Shown here in pieces: positions 45,164-54,374 of a stretch of DNA of 64,000 bases. Within the stretch, counting starts at the first letter, position 1. Every line of letters begins with the position of its first letter. Origin of the DNA: Polyangiales bacterium (GTDB lineage Bacteria; Myxococcota_A; Polyangia; Polyangiales; Ga0077539). The notes under the pieces are model-generated. The model did no database searches. It was given only the letters and a program-made list of their open reading frames with translations, and was not told the DNA's origin. The stretch is from NCBI GenBank assembly GCA_044229975.1, contig JBGARZ010000002.1, positions 192,001-256,000 of the forward strand. The letters are read 5' to 3'. Both the position numbers and the translations under genes were made by a program.

Positions 45164-47638
45164 TCAGAAGAGCTGCACCGAGCGGGCGAACGCGATGCGC
45201 AGGCCGACGGTGGCGTCGTGGCCCAGACCCCAGTCCTGGCCACCGAAGGTGCGACCGTACAGGTCGTACCCGAGCGTGAGCTGGAGCGGGTTGAAGAGGG
45301 GAATGGAGAGCCGCCCCGACGCGCGGATGATCTGGTTGTCGATGCCGCCCGGATCGCTGAGCGTGTACTCGATGGAGAACCCGCCATCGATGTTGCGGCC
45401 GCCGATGGTGAACAGCGTGCCGGGGCGCGCAACGAGCGAGCCGACGATCGCGAACTCGGGCTTGGAGCCGGTGACCTGGGCCGGCGCCAGGGCGTCGATC
45501 CAGTTCATACCGGCCGTGAGGTTGAGGGTCATGCGCTCCAGCAGCTCGAAGCGCGCACCCAACGTCGGGCGCAGCGTGAGGTGGTGGAAGTCGGGGTCGC
45601 GCGGCGTGGGCGGGCCGTCGATCTCGGTCTCGACGTAGCCCACCGCCACCGGCAGCGGGTGGTACCACTTGCGCGTCCCGCGGAACCAGCGCCACGCCAC
45701 CGAGGTGTTGTACGAGATGAGGTCGAGGTTCTCGTCGAAGGAGCCCCGCGTGGGGTTCATCATCGCCGGGGTGCCCATCGCGGGCGCCGGGGTGACCGCC
45801 GCGCGGCCATACTGGAGCCGCAGGCCGTTGTCCCAGGTGAAGTAGGGGTTGTCGGCGTCGGCGCGCACCAGCGAGTCGATGCGGAGGTTCATCGACTGCG
45901 CGCGCGAGAGCTGCGGGTCGGAGTACGTCGTGGGAAACGCGTTGTTGCCCGCGATGGTCGTGGAGCTGAACCCGATGTCCGTGGTCCAACGGAAATTCCA
46001 GCGGGTGTGGTCGGCGGGGTCGCGCGGCGCATGGGTGATGTCCCCCGTCCGCGCCGTGCGCAGCCAACCGAGAAACAGCTCCTGCGCGCTCGTCTCCTGG
46101 TAGCGCTCGAAGACCACGCCGTCGCCCACGCCGCCGTCGCCACCCGTGGCGATGTAGCCCGTGGTGATGATGCGGTACTGCTGGGCCTCGTCGATGAGCC
46201 GGCCGTTGACCTTCACGACCCCTTCGGCGACCGTGATGCCGCGCAGGTAGAAGCCCTCGGCGCGCGCCGCGAGCGCGAGCGTCTTGAGCACGGCGCCGGT
46301 CACCCGCGAGACGTGCAGCGAGTCCTCGAAGGGCAGCGCCGCCGCGATGGACAGCGGCGTCACGCTGCCGCGCAGCGGGAAGAGCCCCGCGGGCGACTTC
46401 ACGGCCCCGCGGTTGATGATCGCGACGTCCGCCTCGGCGGAGTCGCGCAGCACATCGAGGAAGAGCCCGGCGAACGCGTCGCGCGAGAGCTCGGCGTCGA
46501 GGTGACCGCCCGCGAGCGGCTGCGCGTACGTGCTGCACAGCCATTGCCGGGTCGAGTTGACGAAGCTCGTCACCACCTCGGGCGCCGCCCCGCTGCGCGC
46601 CGCGCGGCTCACCCGCGTGGCCGACGGCTCCAGCACCACCGCGTTGCCGCTGCGCGTCGACACGATCGGCACGCCGGAGCGCGCCGTCTGCACCGCCGCC
46701 GTGCCCGCCGGGAGGTCGTGCACCACGATCACGTCGGGGCCCTGCCCCGGCTCGAAGGCCTCGGCCACCTGAAGCCCCTGCTCCAGCTCGTGTCGGGGGC
46801 GCGGATCGATGATCACGACCACGTGCATCGCGCCCGCCGAGCGAGCCGCCGTCACCGCGCGCGGAACCGCCTCGTCGAGCGGGTCGAGCGTGAGACCCTC
46901 CGCGCGGTTGCGCGCCAGCGAGTCCCGCCACGACGGGTCGACCATGGAGATGAGCGCCACGCGGCCGGCCGGGGAGTCGAAGGTCACCGGCGCGTCGTCG
47001 GCGTCCTCCACCACCTCGCAAAGATCGTGGTGCGCCGCATCGCAGTGCAGGTTGGAGAGGACGTGACGCAGGTTGCGCGCTCGCAGCGCGCGAAGCCCCG
47101 CGACGATGGGCGCCCGATCGGCCGAGAGGTCACGGTGACCGAAGGCCATCACGCGGATGCCGCTCGCCTCGACGGCACGCACGAACGCGTCGACGTCGTG
47201 CTGCACCGTGAGCCGCGTGACCGCGGACGGACCGAGCAGGTCACCCGCGTCGAAGGCCAGGGTCTCGGGCTCGGCGGCGAGCTGCGAGGCCACCGAGGCG
47301 AAGGCCGTCACGGGCGGGTCGTCGCCACACACCACGGGGCTGAACTGTCCGTTGATGCCCGCGGTGATCGCGATGCGAAACGGCGGCGGCGCCGGAGGGG
47401 TCAGCGGCGGCGGCGGGGTCGGGGCGACCTGCGCGGCGGGGTCGGGGGTCACCTGCGCGGCCGGGGTCACCTGCGCGGCGGGCCCCGTCGGCGGACGGGC
47501 CGGAGCGACGACCGGGCGCGCGGGCAGCGCTGGACGCGCGGGGGTGGTCGGCGGGCGCGCGGGCTGCGCGAAGGCTACCGACGTCATCGACAGCAGCGAC
47601 AGCACCGCCGCTCCACACGAACCTCTCCATTGTCCCAT
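45164..47638 (-). CDS. Secreted 5'-nucleotidase-like protein fused to a probable outer-membrane beta-barrel
   Basis: Signal peptide; FDAGD; ADVAIINRG...LPFED...TTGYIATGGDG (5'-nucleotidase C domain); amphipathic strands ending in Phe. Confidence 0.75.
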   Translation of the reverse strand: MGQWRGSCGAAVLSLLSMTSVAFAQPARPPTTPARPALPARPVVAPARPPTGPAAQVTPAAQVTPDPAAQVAPTPPPPLTPPAPPPFRIAITAGINGQFSPVVCGDDPPVTAFASVASQLAAEPETLAFDAGDLLGPSAVTRLTVQHDVDAFVRAVEASGIRVMAFGHRDLSADRAPIVAGLRALRARNLRHVLSNLHCDAAHHDLCEVVEDADDAPVTFDSPAGRVALISMVDPSWRDSLARNRAEGLTLDPLDEAVPRAVTAARSAGAMHVVVIIDPRPRHELEQGLQVAEAFEPGQGPDVIVVHDLPAGTAAVQTARSGVPIVSTRSGNAVVLEPSATRVSRAARSGAAPEVVTSFVNSTRQWLCSTYAQPLAGGHLDAELSRDAFAGLFLDVLRDSAEADVAIINRGAVKSPAGLFPLRGSVTPLSIAAALPFEDSLHVSRVTGAVLKTLALAARAEGFYLRGITVAEGVVKVNGRLIDEAQQYRIITTGYIATGGDGGVGDGVVFERYQETSAQELFLGWLRTARTGDITHAPRDPADHTRWNFRWTTDIGFSSTTIAGNNAFPTTYSDPQLSRAQSMNLRIDSLVRADADNPYFTWDNGLRLQYGRAAVTPAPAMGTPAMMNPTRGSFDENLDLISYNTSVAWRWFRGTRKWYHPLPVAVGYVETEIDGPPTPRDPDFHHLTLRPTLGARFELLERMTLNLTAGMNWIDALAPAQVTGSKPEFAIVGSLVARPGTLFTIGGRNIDGGFSIEYTLSDPGGIDNQIIRASGRLSIPLFNPLQLTLGYDLYGRTFGGQDWGLGHDATVGLRIAFARSVQLF

Positions 47639-47737
47639 TGGTTCTCTCATCTCCTCGATTGGTTGATCCGCTGTCCCTTGGCAGGACACCCAGACATTGC
47701 CGCGGAGCCCCCCCAACGGAGGCCCCCCGCCTTCCAT

Positions 47738-48538
47738 TCACTCGCCGCGATACACCGGCTTGCGCCCCTCGCTGAACGCCGCCAGCGCCTCGCGTCGGTC
47801 ACTCGACACCAGCGTCTTCTCGTAGCAGCGCGCCTCCAGCAACAAGCCCTCCGCCAGGTCGAGCTCGGCCCCGCCGTCCACGGCCTCCATCGCCGCCGCC
47901 AGCGCGATGGGCGCCCCCGCCGCGAGCGGCGCCGCCACCCGCTTCGCCGCCGCGAGCGCGCTCTCTCCCGGGTTGGCCAGCGCGGTCACGAGCCCGTGCG
48001 CCAGCGCCTCGTGCGCCGCGTAGCGCCGGGCCAGCAGGATCATCTCCTTCGCGCGCCCGACGCCCACCAGCCGCGGCAGTCGCTGTGTCCCGCCCGCTCC
48101 GGGGATGATCGCCAGCGACGTCTCGGGCAGGCCCACCACGGCGCTCGCTCCCGCGACCCTCAGGTCACACGCCAGCGCCAGCTCGAAGCCGCCACCCAGC
48201 GCCACGCCCTGGATGGCCGCGATCACCGGCTTGGGACACGCGTCCACCGCCCCGAAGCTCTCCCGATACAATCCCAGCAACGCCCGCACGTCGTCTTCCG
48301 ACATGCCCTGGCGTTCCTTCAAATCAGCGCCCGCGCAGAACGCCTTCTCCCCCGACCCGGTGAGAATCACCACCCGCACGGCGGTGTCGGCGCTCAGCGC
48401 GCGAAACACCGCGCCGATTTCCTGGAGAAGTACCCTGGAGAGGGCGTTCATGCGCTCGGGGCGCTGGAGGGTGACGACTGCGATGGAGCCGTCGTGTTCG
48501 AGGGAGAGCGCGGTGTACGGCGGCGTCGCGGCGGTCAT
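47738..48538 (-). CDS. Enoyl-CoA hydratase (methylglutaconyl-CoA hydratase/LiuC-like)
   Basis: FCAGADLKER, GGGFELALACD and PGAGGTQRLPR motifs. Confidence 0.92.
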   Translation of the reverse strand: MTAATPPYTALSLEHDGSIAVVTLQRPERMNALSRVLLQEIGAVFRALSADTAVRVVILTGSGEKAFCAGADLKERQGMSEDDVRALLGLYRESFGAVDACPKPVIAAIQGVALGGGFELALACDLRVAGASAVVGLPETSLAIIPGAGGTQRLPRLVGVGRAKEMILLARRYAAHEALAHGLVTALANPGESALAAAKRVAAPLAAGAPIALAAAMEAVDGGAELDLAEGLLLEARCYEKTLVSSDRREALAAFSEGRKPVYRGE

Positions 48539-48568
48539 GTCCGCCGCGGAGTACCGGAATCGCCCGTT

Positions 48569-49753
48569 TCAATCAAGCCAGGAATCGCCCCGCTTGCCGC
48601 GCAGCTTCTGCGGGATGTACTCCTCCGTGATGAAGCGGATGCCGCGCGAAGACAGAGCCTCCAGTTCGTACTTCTTCTGCGTCTTCTTCATCAGCTGCAG
48701 CTCCTCCTGCCAGCGCTTCGCCGCGAACCAGTCGTAGCGGAGCAGCTGCTCGATGCGCGAGCTGTCCTCGTCCTTCAGCGCCATCGACACGTTGGCCTGC
48801 AGGTTGAACTTCTCCGCGTCCGAGCTCATCAACCCGAGAAAGCGCGCCTGCGGGACGGCCATGCGCATCGACTCGTACGCGAGGTTGATGCTCCCCTGCT
48901 TGATGACCGAATAGATGTAGAAGCCCCACGGGTCGTTGTCCGTGAGCACGTACACCGGGAGCTTCAGCTCGTCGTGCATGCGCCGGAGCAGACGCCGCGT
49001 GCCGCGCGCCGCCATGCCGCTGCCGTGCAGGAGCATGCAGTTGTTCTTCTGCCAGAAGCGGTCTTCGTTGAGGCGCGCCCACACGGCGCCCTTCTCGATG
49101 AAGAGGATGTACTCCGCCTCGCTCTTCATGAACTCGATGCGGTTGTCCTCCACGATGCTCGGGATGCTCCACCCGCCCGACCCCATGCGCCGCAGGTCGA
49201 TGGTGTCGCCCGTGTCGCGGATGGTCATCGGGCCCACCATCGCGCCGCGGTTCTCCGCGCGCAGGTGCAGCTCCTCGCGCAGCGCGTCGATGGTCACCTC
49301 CAGGTCTTCGATGATCGGGTCGCTCTCGGCCTGCTCCTCGAAGGTGTTCTCCTTGGTGCCCGCGACCGAGTGCTTGGCGCCGTAGTAGATGTCGCGAATC
49401 GACGTCGTCGCGCCTGCCTCGATGAGCTTCTTGCAGTGCTCCGCGATCAGGAACGTCTGCATGAACAGCTTCGCCTGCTTCAGGTGGAAGAAGTTGCGCG
49501 ACTGGCGCGACTCCCCCAGGCGAATGAGCCCCGCGTCCTGGTCGAAGCTCACGTTCGACAGCGCGCGCACCGGGATGCTCAGCGCCGGGTTCTTCCCCCG
49601 CCGCACCTCCGCCAGCGCCGTAAACGCCAGGTCGGTGATCTTCTGCAGCGTCACCTTGTCGCGCTCGCCGATCACCACGGCTTCGCCCGACCCGCTCTCC
49701 GTCGCCGCGCGCGCCGCCGTCTCGCCCGCCGGTGCCTTCTTCTTGGTTGCCAT
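48569..49753 (-). CDS. top6A: DNA topoisomerase VI subunit A (Spo11-like)
   Basis: SIRDIYY (catalytic Tyr); TOPRIM motifs FIEK and TDNDPWG; ELEAL. Confidence 0.95.
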   Translation of the reverse strand: MATKKKAPAGETAARAATESGSGEAVVIGERDKVTLQKITDLAFTALAEVRRGKNPALSIPVRALSNVSFDQDAGLIRLGESRQSRNFFHLKQAKLFMQTFLIAEHCKKLIEAGATTSIRDIYYGAKHSVAGTKENTFEEQAESDPIIEDLEVTIDALREELHLRAENRGAMVGPMTIRDTGDTIDLRRMGSGGWSIPSIVEDNRIEFMKSEAEYILFIEKGAVWARLNEDRFWQKNNCMLLHGSGMAARGTRRLLRRMHDELKLPVYVLTDNDPWGFYIYSVIKQGSINLAYESMRMAVPQARFLGLMSSDAEKFNLQANVSMALKDEDSSRIEQLLRYDWFAAKRWQEELQLMKKTQKKYELEALSSRGIRFITEEYIPQKLRGKRGDSWLD

Positions 49754-49758
49754 GGCGA

Positions 49759-51792
49759 CTACTGCTTCCTTCCGGGCTTCGACCGAACCTTCAGCACCAA
49801 CTGCCTGCCGCCTCCGGGCGTCACGTCTTCAAAGGGGTTTCCCTCCCCTTCATCGGACAACTCCGGCGGTGGCGTCGACGGACGCGCCTCCACCTTCGGC
49901 GCCTCGGACTCCACCATGTCACCCGTCGCGCTCTCCGCTCCCTCCGCCGCAGGCGCGGCGCCCTCCACGGTCGGCATCGTGATGCGCACGTGGTTGGGCA
50001 GCGCGTCGGTGAAGTCCTTGAGCACGCTCTCCTCGGACACCTTCGTGATGCTGTGAATCGAGGCCGACAGCTCCACGATGTACTTCTCGAACAAGCTCTT
50101 GCGCTGCGTCTCCCAGCGCTCCGCCTGCTGCGCCTTCACCCACGTCCCGAGCTTGCGCCCGCACTCCATCAGCGCGAGCCGGATCTCCCGCACCACCTCG
50201 TCGTAGTGCGCGACGGCCTCCTTCGCCTCGCTCGTAAACGGCACCCACACGCTCGCCAGGTGCACGAAGATCGCCAGCGGGCCGACCGGCAGCTCGCCCT
50301 TGCGCTGCGACAGCCCGTACGACTTCCAATCGACCTTCAGCACCGCCTCGTGAATCGCGCACGCCCGCGGCTGGTACAGCAGCGGAACCCGATTGGCGAA
50401 GCGCAGCACGTCGGCCGAGTCTTCTTTGGACAACGTTCCGCCAAAGGCCACGCCCGCCTCCACCACGAAGGGATTGCCGCGGTACACCGCCGGCGGCCGT
50501 GTGTGCGACGTGAAGAACTCCCCTTTGAAGCGGCGCTTCAAGCCCTCCATGATGAGCGCCTCGCCCACCGGAACCACGCACGTCGCGGGCGGTGGCAGGA
50601 TCTTCACCTGCGAGCGCGCCATCGTCTCGTAGATCTTCTCGACCATCGTCGGCGTCGACAGCTTCGCCTTCTGCGTCGGCTCCAAGCCCGAGTTGCGCAG
50701 GATCAGATCCGCCAGCGACGCGCTGAACCCCGTCCCCTCTTCCAACAGCTCTTCGCGCAGGTTGGTGTCGGACTTCGCCAGCTTGCTCGCCAGCTTGCGC
50801 GGCGGCGGTAGCGCCGCGTTCGACGCCACCATCGCGGCGTGCAGCGCCTCGATCTTCGCCGCCTCTGCCTTCGGCGCCTGCGAGTCGGGGTTGAGGTCCG
50901 CGCGCTTGCACAGCTCATCGGCGACCGCCGACGTCACCCGCGAAAACTCCTCCATCAGCGTCGCGCGCACCGTGCGCCGCCCCGCCTCGTGCAGGATCTT
51001 GATGAGCATCCCGAGCTCGACCCCGTGCGGGTGCGGCTTGATCTCCTGCGCCTCGGGCGGGAGAAATTCGCTCACCCGCGGGTAGTGCACCGCCGCACCC
51101 TTCGGCGGCTTGTACGTCAGCTCCAGGTGGGGATTGGCCACCACCGTCTGCTCCAGGTACGCGTCCACCGACGTGCGACCGCCACGGTACAAACCCGTGA
51201 GCTCGATCTCGACGGACGTGCCGTGATCCTTCTCCCACGGCGACGTGTCGTTCTTGTCATTGAGCTGCTTGGGCTCGTTGGTGCGCGAGTCGATGCGCAC
51301 CTCCACCCGCCACGCGGGGCGACCCTTGCCGATCTTGCTCACCACCACCACCGGGCGGCCCGTCGTCAGGTGGCCGTACATGCCCGCCGCGCTGATGCCG
51401 ATGCCCTGCTGCCCTCGCGACTGCCGCAGCCGGTGGAACTTCGATCCGTACAGCAGCTTCGCGAAGATCTTGGGGATCTGCTCCTTCACGATGCCGGGGC
51501 CGTTGTCCTCGACGCGCACGCGGTAGCGGCCGTCGGAGACCTCCTCCACGGTGACCTCCAGCGTCGGGAGGATGCCCGCCTCTTCACAAGCATCGAGGGC
51601 GTTGTCGACCGCCTCCTTGATGGTCGTGAGCAGCGCCTTCGCGGGGTTGTCGAAGCCCAACAGGTGGCGGTTCTTCGTGAAGAACTCGCTCACCGAGATG
51701 TCGCGCTGCTTGGCGCCCATCGCCTCGGCGCTCGACCGGCGCCCCGCTGGCTTGGGGGCGTCGGTGTCCTGGACCACTGCTTCCGTCGTCAT
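49759..51792 (-). CDS. top6B: DNA topoisomerase VI subunit B
   Basis: SVSEFFTKN, EAVDNALDA, DNGPG, QSRGQQGIG, RFANRVPLLY and VPFTSEAKEA motifs. Confidence 0.96.
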   Translation of the reverse strand: MTTEAVVQDTDAPKPAGRRSSAEAMGAKQRDISVSEFFTKNRHLLGFDNPAKALLTTIKEAVDNALDACEEAGILPTLEVTVEEVSDGRYRVRVEDNGPGIVKEQIPKIFAKLLYGSKFHRLRQSRGQQGIGISAAGMYGHLTTGRPVVVVSKIGKGRPAWRVEVRIDSRTNEPKQLNDKNDTSPWEKDHGTSVEIELTGLYRGGRTSVDAYLEQTVVANPHLELTYKPPKGAAVHYPRVSEFLPPEAQEIKPHPHGVELGMLIKILHEAGRRTVRATLMEEFSRVTSAVADELCKRADLNPDSQAPKAEAAKIEALHAAMVASNAALPPPRKLASKLAKSDTNLREELLEEGTGFSASLADLILRNSGLEPTQKAKLSTPTMVEKIYETMARSQVKILPPPATCVVPVGEALIMEGLKRRFKGEFFTSHTRPPAVYRGNPFVVEAGVAFGGTLSKEDSADVLRFANRVPLLYQPRACAIHEAVLKVDWKSYGLSQRKGELPVGPLAIFVHLASVWVPFTSEAKEAVAHYDEVVREIRLALMECGRKLGTWVKAQQAERWETQRKSLFEKYIVELSASIHSITKVSEESVLKDFTDALPNHVRITMPTVEGAAPAAEGAESATGDMVESEAPKVEARPSTPPPELSDEGEGNPFEDVTPGGGRQLVLKVRSKPGRKQ

Positions 51793-51862
51793 GGGGGCGT
51801 CTGCTCCGTCGCGGTTTTCTCTGGAGATCAACGGGTCATCCCGGCGTCTTGAACGCCCATTC

Positions 51863-51891
51863 GAGTAGAACTTCACTGAACATGCGTCAAG
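51863..51891 (-). promoter_or_regulatory. top6B promoter with overlapping LexA(SOS)-like box
   Basis: Minus strand CTTGACGCATGTTCAG (51891-51876) contains the -35 TTGACG; resembles the M. xanthus LexA consensus CTRHAMRYBYGTTCAGS. Confidence 0.55.
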
Positions 51892-51993
51892 TTCCCGAGG
51901 GAGCTGCGGCGCACGCGAGGGAGGGGCCGTCTGTCACGCGATCCCCGAGAAATCCAGCCAGTTGCACAGGGACATTCCCTGTCCCCTCGCGAC

Positions 51994-53148
51994 TCAGCGC
52001 TTGAAGCGCAACGGGAGCTGCGAGGTGTCGTCGTCGTCATCGGGGAGAAACTGCTTGCTGAGACGCAGCCGTTGACCCTGGTAGTGCGACCGCAATCCCC
52101 GCCCGTAGAGCTCGTCGGGCGCCGCGTGGTTGCGCAACAGGATCACCCGGAAGAGATGGTTGCCCTCGTCGACGTGGAAGGGCACGTCGCGCCCTCGCAC
52201 TTCGAGCACGACGGCGGCGGCGGCGGCTCCCTTGTCGTCGGCCGCGATGTAGCCGAAGCCCGAGTCGAAGAAGCCCGCGTAGTGGGTCCGCACCTCGCCC
52301 GCGCCCGCGTCAAACGGAACCATCTCCGCGCACACCGACGGCGGCAGCCGCACCAGCTCGTTGGAGCGCAGGATGTAGAACTCGTCGGGCTCCAGCAGCA
52401 GCGGCTCGGAGGGGCGGTGATAGATGCGCTCCCAGAAGTGCGAGATGCGGTGCTTGCCGCGCAGGTCGATGGCGCCGGTGTTGCGCTTGGCGCGGTACCC
52501 GATGGTCCCCTCCGACGAGAGGTCGACGGACATGAACACGCCCTCCTCGACGCGCAGGTTCTGGTCGCCGAGCGGGAGGCGATCGCGCGTGACGAAGACG
52601 GGCTCGCTGGCGAGCAAAGAGCGGGTCTCCTGGTCGTCGAGCATCGGGTTGCCGACCATGAAGCGAAGCTGCGCGAGGCTGTCTCCCTCCCGCACACGAA
52701 CCGGGAACGACCGCGGCACGACTTCGAGGTAGATGCGACCTGCGAAGCCGGGCGGGATGTCGTCGAAGGAGGTTCCGTTTTCGGTGACGAGGCGGCAGAA
52801 GATGTCGAGTCGGCCGGTGCTGCTCTTGGGGTTGGCGCGTGCGCGAACGCCGACCGGGAGCTTGAGCGATTCGAGGAGGGGGAAGAGGTAGACGGCGTTG
52901 CGTTCGAGCACGACGCCGTCGGGGCCCGCGTCGACGGGGTAGATGCCGAAGCGACGCAGGCGACCGTCGACGCCCTCGCGACCGGGGAGGAAGCTGCACT
53001 GCACGCGGGTCCCGGCGCGACCGATGCGGAGGTCGATGCTGTTGGGTTGTACCTGCGTCGACTCGACGGGACGCTCCGCCACGACGGTGCCGTCCGTGAG
53101 CGCCTGCCGGATCCACTGGGAAGGGAGAACACCGCCGCGCTCGCTCAT
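51994..53148 (-). CDS. dcd: dCTP deaminase (long, duplicated-domain type)
   Basis: QPNSIDLR, ANPKSSTGRLDIF and HYAGFFDSGFG motifs. Confidence 0.9.
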   Translation of the reverse strand: MSERGGVLPSQWIRQALTDGTVVAERPVESTQVQPNSIDLRIGRAGTRVQCSFLPGREGVDGRLRRFGIYPVDAGPDGVVLERNAVYLFPLLESLKLPVGVRARANPKSSTGRLDIFCRLVTENGTSFDDIPPGFAGRIYLEVVPRSFPVRVREGDSLAQLRFMVGNPMLDDQETRSLLASEPVFVTRDRLPLGDQNLRVEEGVFMSVDLSSEGTIGYRAKRNTGAIDLRGKHRISHFWERIYHRPSEPLLLEPDEFYILRSNELVRLPPSVCAEMVPFDAGAGEVRTHYAGFFDSGFGYIAADDKGAAAAAVVLEVRGRDVPFHVDEGNHLFRVILLRNHAAPDELYGRGLRSHYQGQRLRLSKQFLPDDDDDTSQLPLRFKR

Positions 53149-53213
53149 CGCGCGGGACCCTCCCATGGGCGCGCGAATCACCTGCAATTTACGGCAAAAC
53201 GGGTGCGTGTGTG

Positions 53214-53408
53214 CGAGGGTCGCGTGTACACATTTTCGAGGGGGCGTGTACGGGTTTCACGAGGGGTGTGTACGGGTTCCCGGCCGGGTGTGTCTGGGCG
53301 TTCGAGTGGGTGTGTACGGGTTTCGGAAGGGGTGTGCGTGCCTTACGAGGGGCCGTGTGTGGTCTACGAAGGCTCGTGCGCGGTTTGCGAAGGCTCGTGC
53401 GCGTCGTA
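53214..53408. repeat. Degenerate non-coding tandem repeat, about 9 units of 21-23 bp
   Basis: Units such as cgagggggcgtgtacgggtttca, cgaggggtgtgtacgggttcc, cgagtgggtgtgtacgggtttc, cgaaggctcgtgcgcggtttg. Confidence 0.75.
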
Positions 53409-53522
53409 CGGAGCGCCCGCATCGCTCATCGGGCGTAGGGATGGCGAGCGCACTCGGGCGGCGGCGCCTCGCGGTGCACCGCGAGCATTCTGTTGCCATG
53501 TCCCACGACTACCATGCGGGCG

Positions 53523-53837
53523 TCACCGCGCCGTGCAGCGGCGTAAGACTGTCTCGGGACCAATCGTCGACTGGATCACGATTGCGAAGGGCTCCCACCC
53601 TGCCGTCTCGGGCCGTGGCTCTCGGGAGACCGTACCGCCGATCTTCACCTCCCACTGCGTGCAAGGCATCTCCTGCGCCCGCGCGTCGCGTCCGCCGAGG
53701 ATGCCCGTGTCGTGCGACCCACCGTCGAGCAGACCACCGAGCATCCCCGTGGTGTTGTTCGCTGAGCACGCCATGAACCCGACGTGCAGCACCACCGCGC
53801 CCACCAACATTCCACCCGCCATCTTCATCCGTTGCAT
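53523..53837 (-). CDS. Small hypothetical lipoprotein
   Basis: GGAGG RBS; hydrophobic leader ending FMAC; GWEPF motif. Confidence 0.65.
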   Translation of the reverse strand: MQRMKMAGGMLVGAVVLHVGFMACSANNTTGMLGGLLDGGSHDTGILGGRDARAQEMPCTQWEVKIGGTVSREPRPETAGWEPFAIVIQSTIGPETVLRRCTAR

Positions 53838-53877
53838 CGCTCGCCTCCGCCGCGGGCGAACTGACGCCCGCGGCGCG

Positions 53878-54180
53878 ATGCTACCGTGCGCCGTGGCCGA
53901 ACAAGCGCCGACGGAGTGCCCACGGTGCGTGGCGGAGCGGCGGGCACGATGGGTGGCGTCTGTCGCAGCCTTCGTGACGTTTCCGGCCCTCCTCGCCGGG
54001 GCCTCCGCTGCCTGTGCGCTGGCGATGGTGGCGTCGTCGCGCGGCCAGCACGTTGATGACCCGGCGTTGGCTGCGACTGGGCTCCACCACCTGCTGATCG
54101 CCGGCGTGGTCGCGCCGGTGGCGGTGGCGCTCTGGTATCTCGCACACCGTCTCTCTCGCCGGGCCGATCACCAGCGGTGA
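53878..54180 (+). CDS. Small 2-TM hypothetical protein with CPRC motif
   Basis: Two hydrophobic helices; start uncertain. Confidence 0.5.
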   Translation: MLPCAVAEQAPTECPRCVAERRARWVASVAAFVTFPALLAGASAACALAMVASSRGQHVDDPALAATGLHHLLIAGVVAPVAVALWYLAHRLSRRADHQR

Positions 54181-54374
54181 CGTGGAGAACAACGCCAGGA
54201 GCGGCACCGGGGCGAGCACCCGAGCTGCGTTTGGCCCACAAGCGCGCTTGCTCGGCGTTCCGCTTCGCCACGCACCGAGGGCGCTCCGTCGCGGTCATCG
54301 TGCACTTCGGCATCGGCGAGGGTCGGTGCAGTCACGGGCAGCGATCTCCGCACTACCTGTCCGCCTACGCCGGC

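Noticed and set aside
48569..49753. Spo11 / meiosis-like gene or eukaryotic contamination
   Set aside because: Paired with top6B in a bacterial operon context, so Topo VI subunit A
51966..51982. Perfect inverted repeat ACAGGGA-CAT-TCCCTGT after dcd
   Set aside because: Short, with no U-tract; cannot be distinguished from chance or assigned as terminator or operator
53214..53420. Possible CRISPR array
   Set aside because: Units are contiguous and degenerate with no unique spacers; no cas genes in the window
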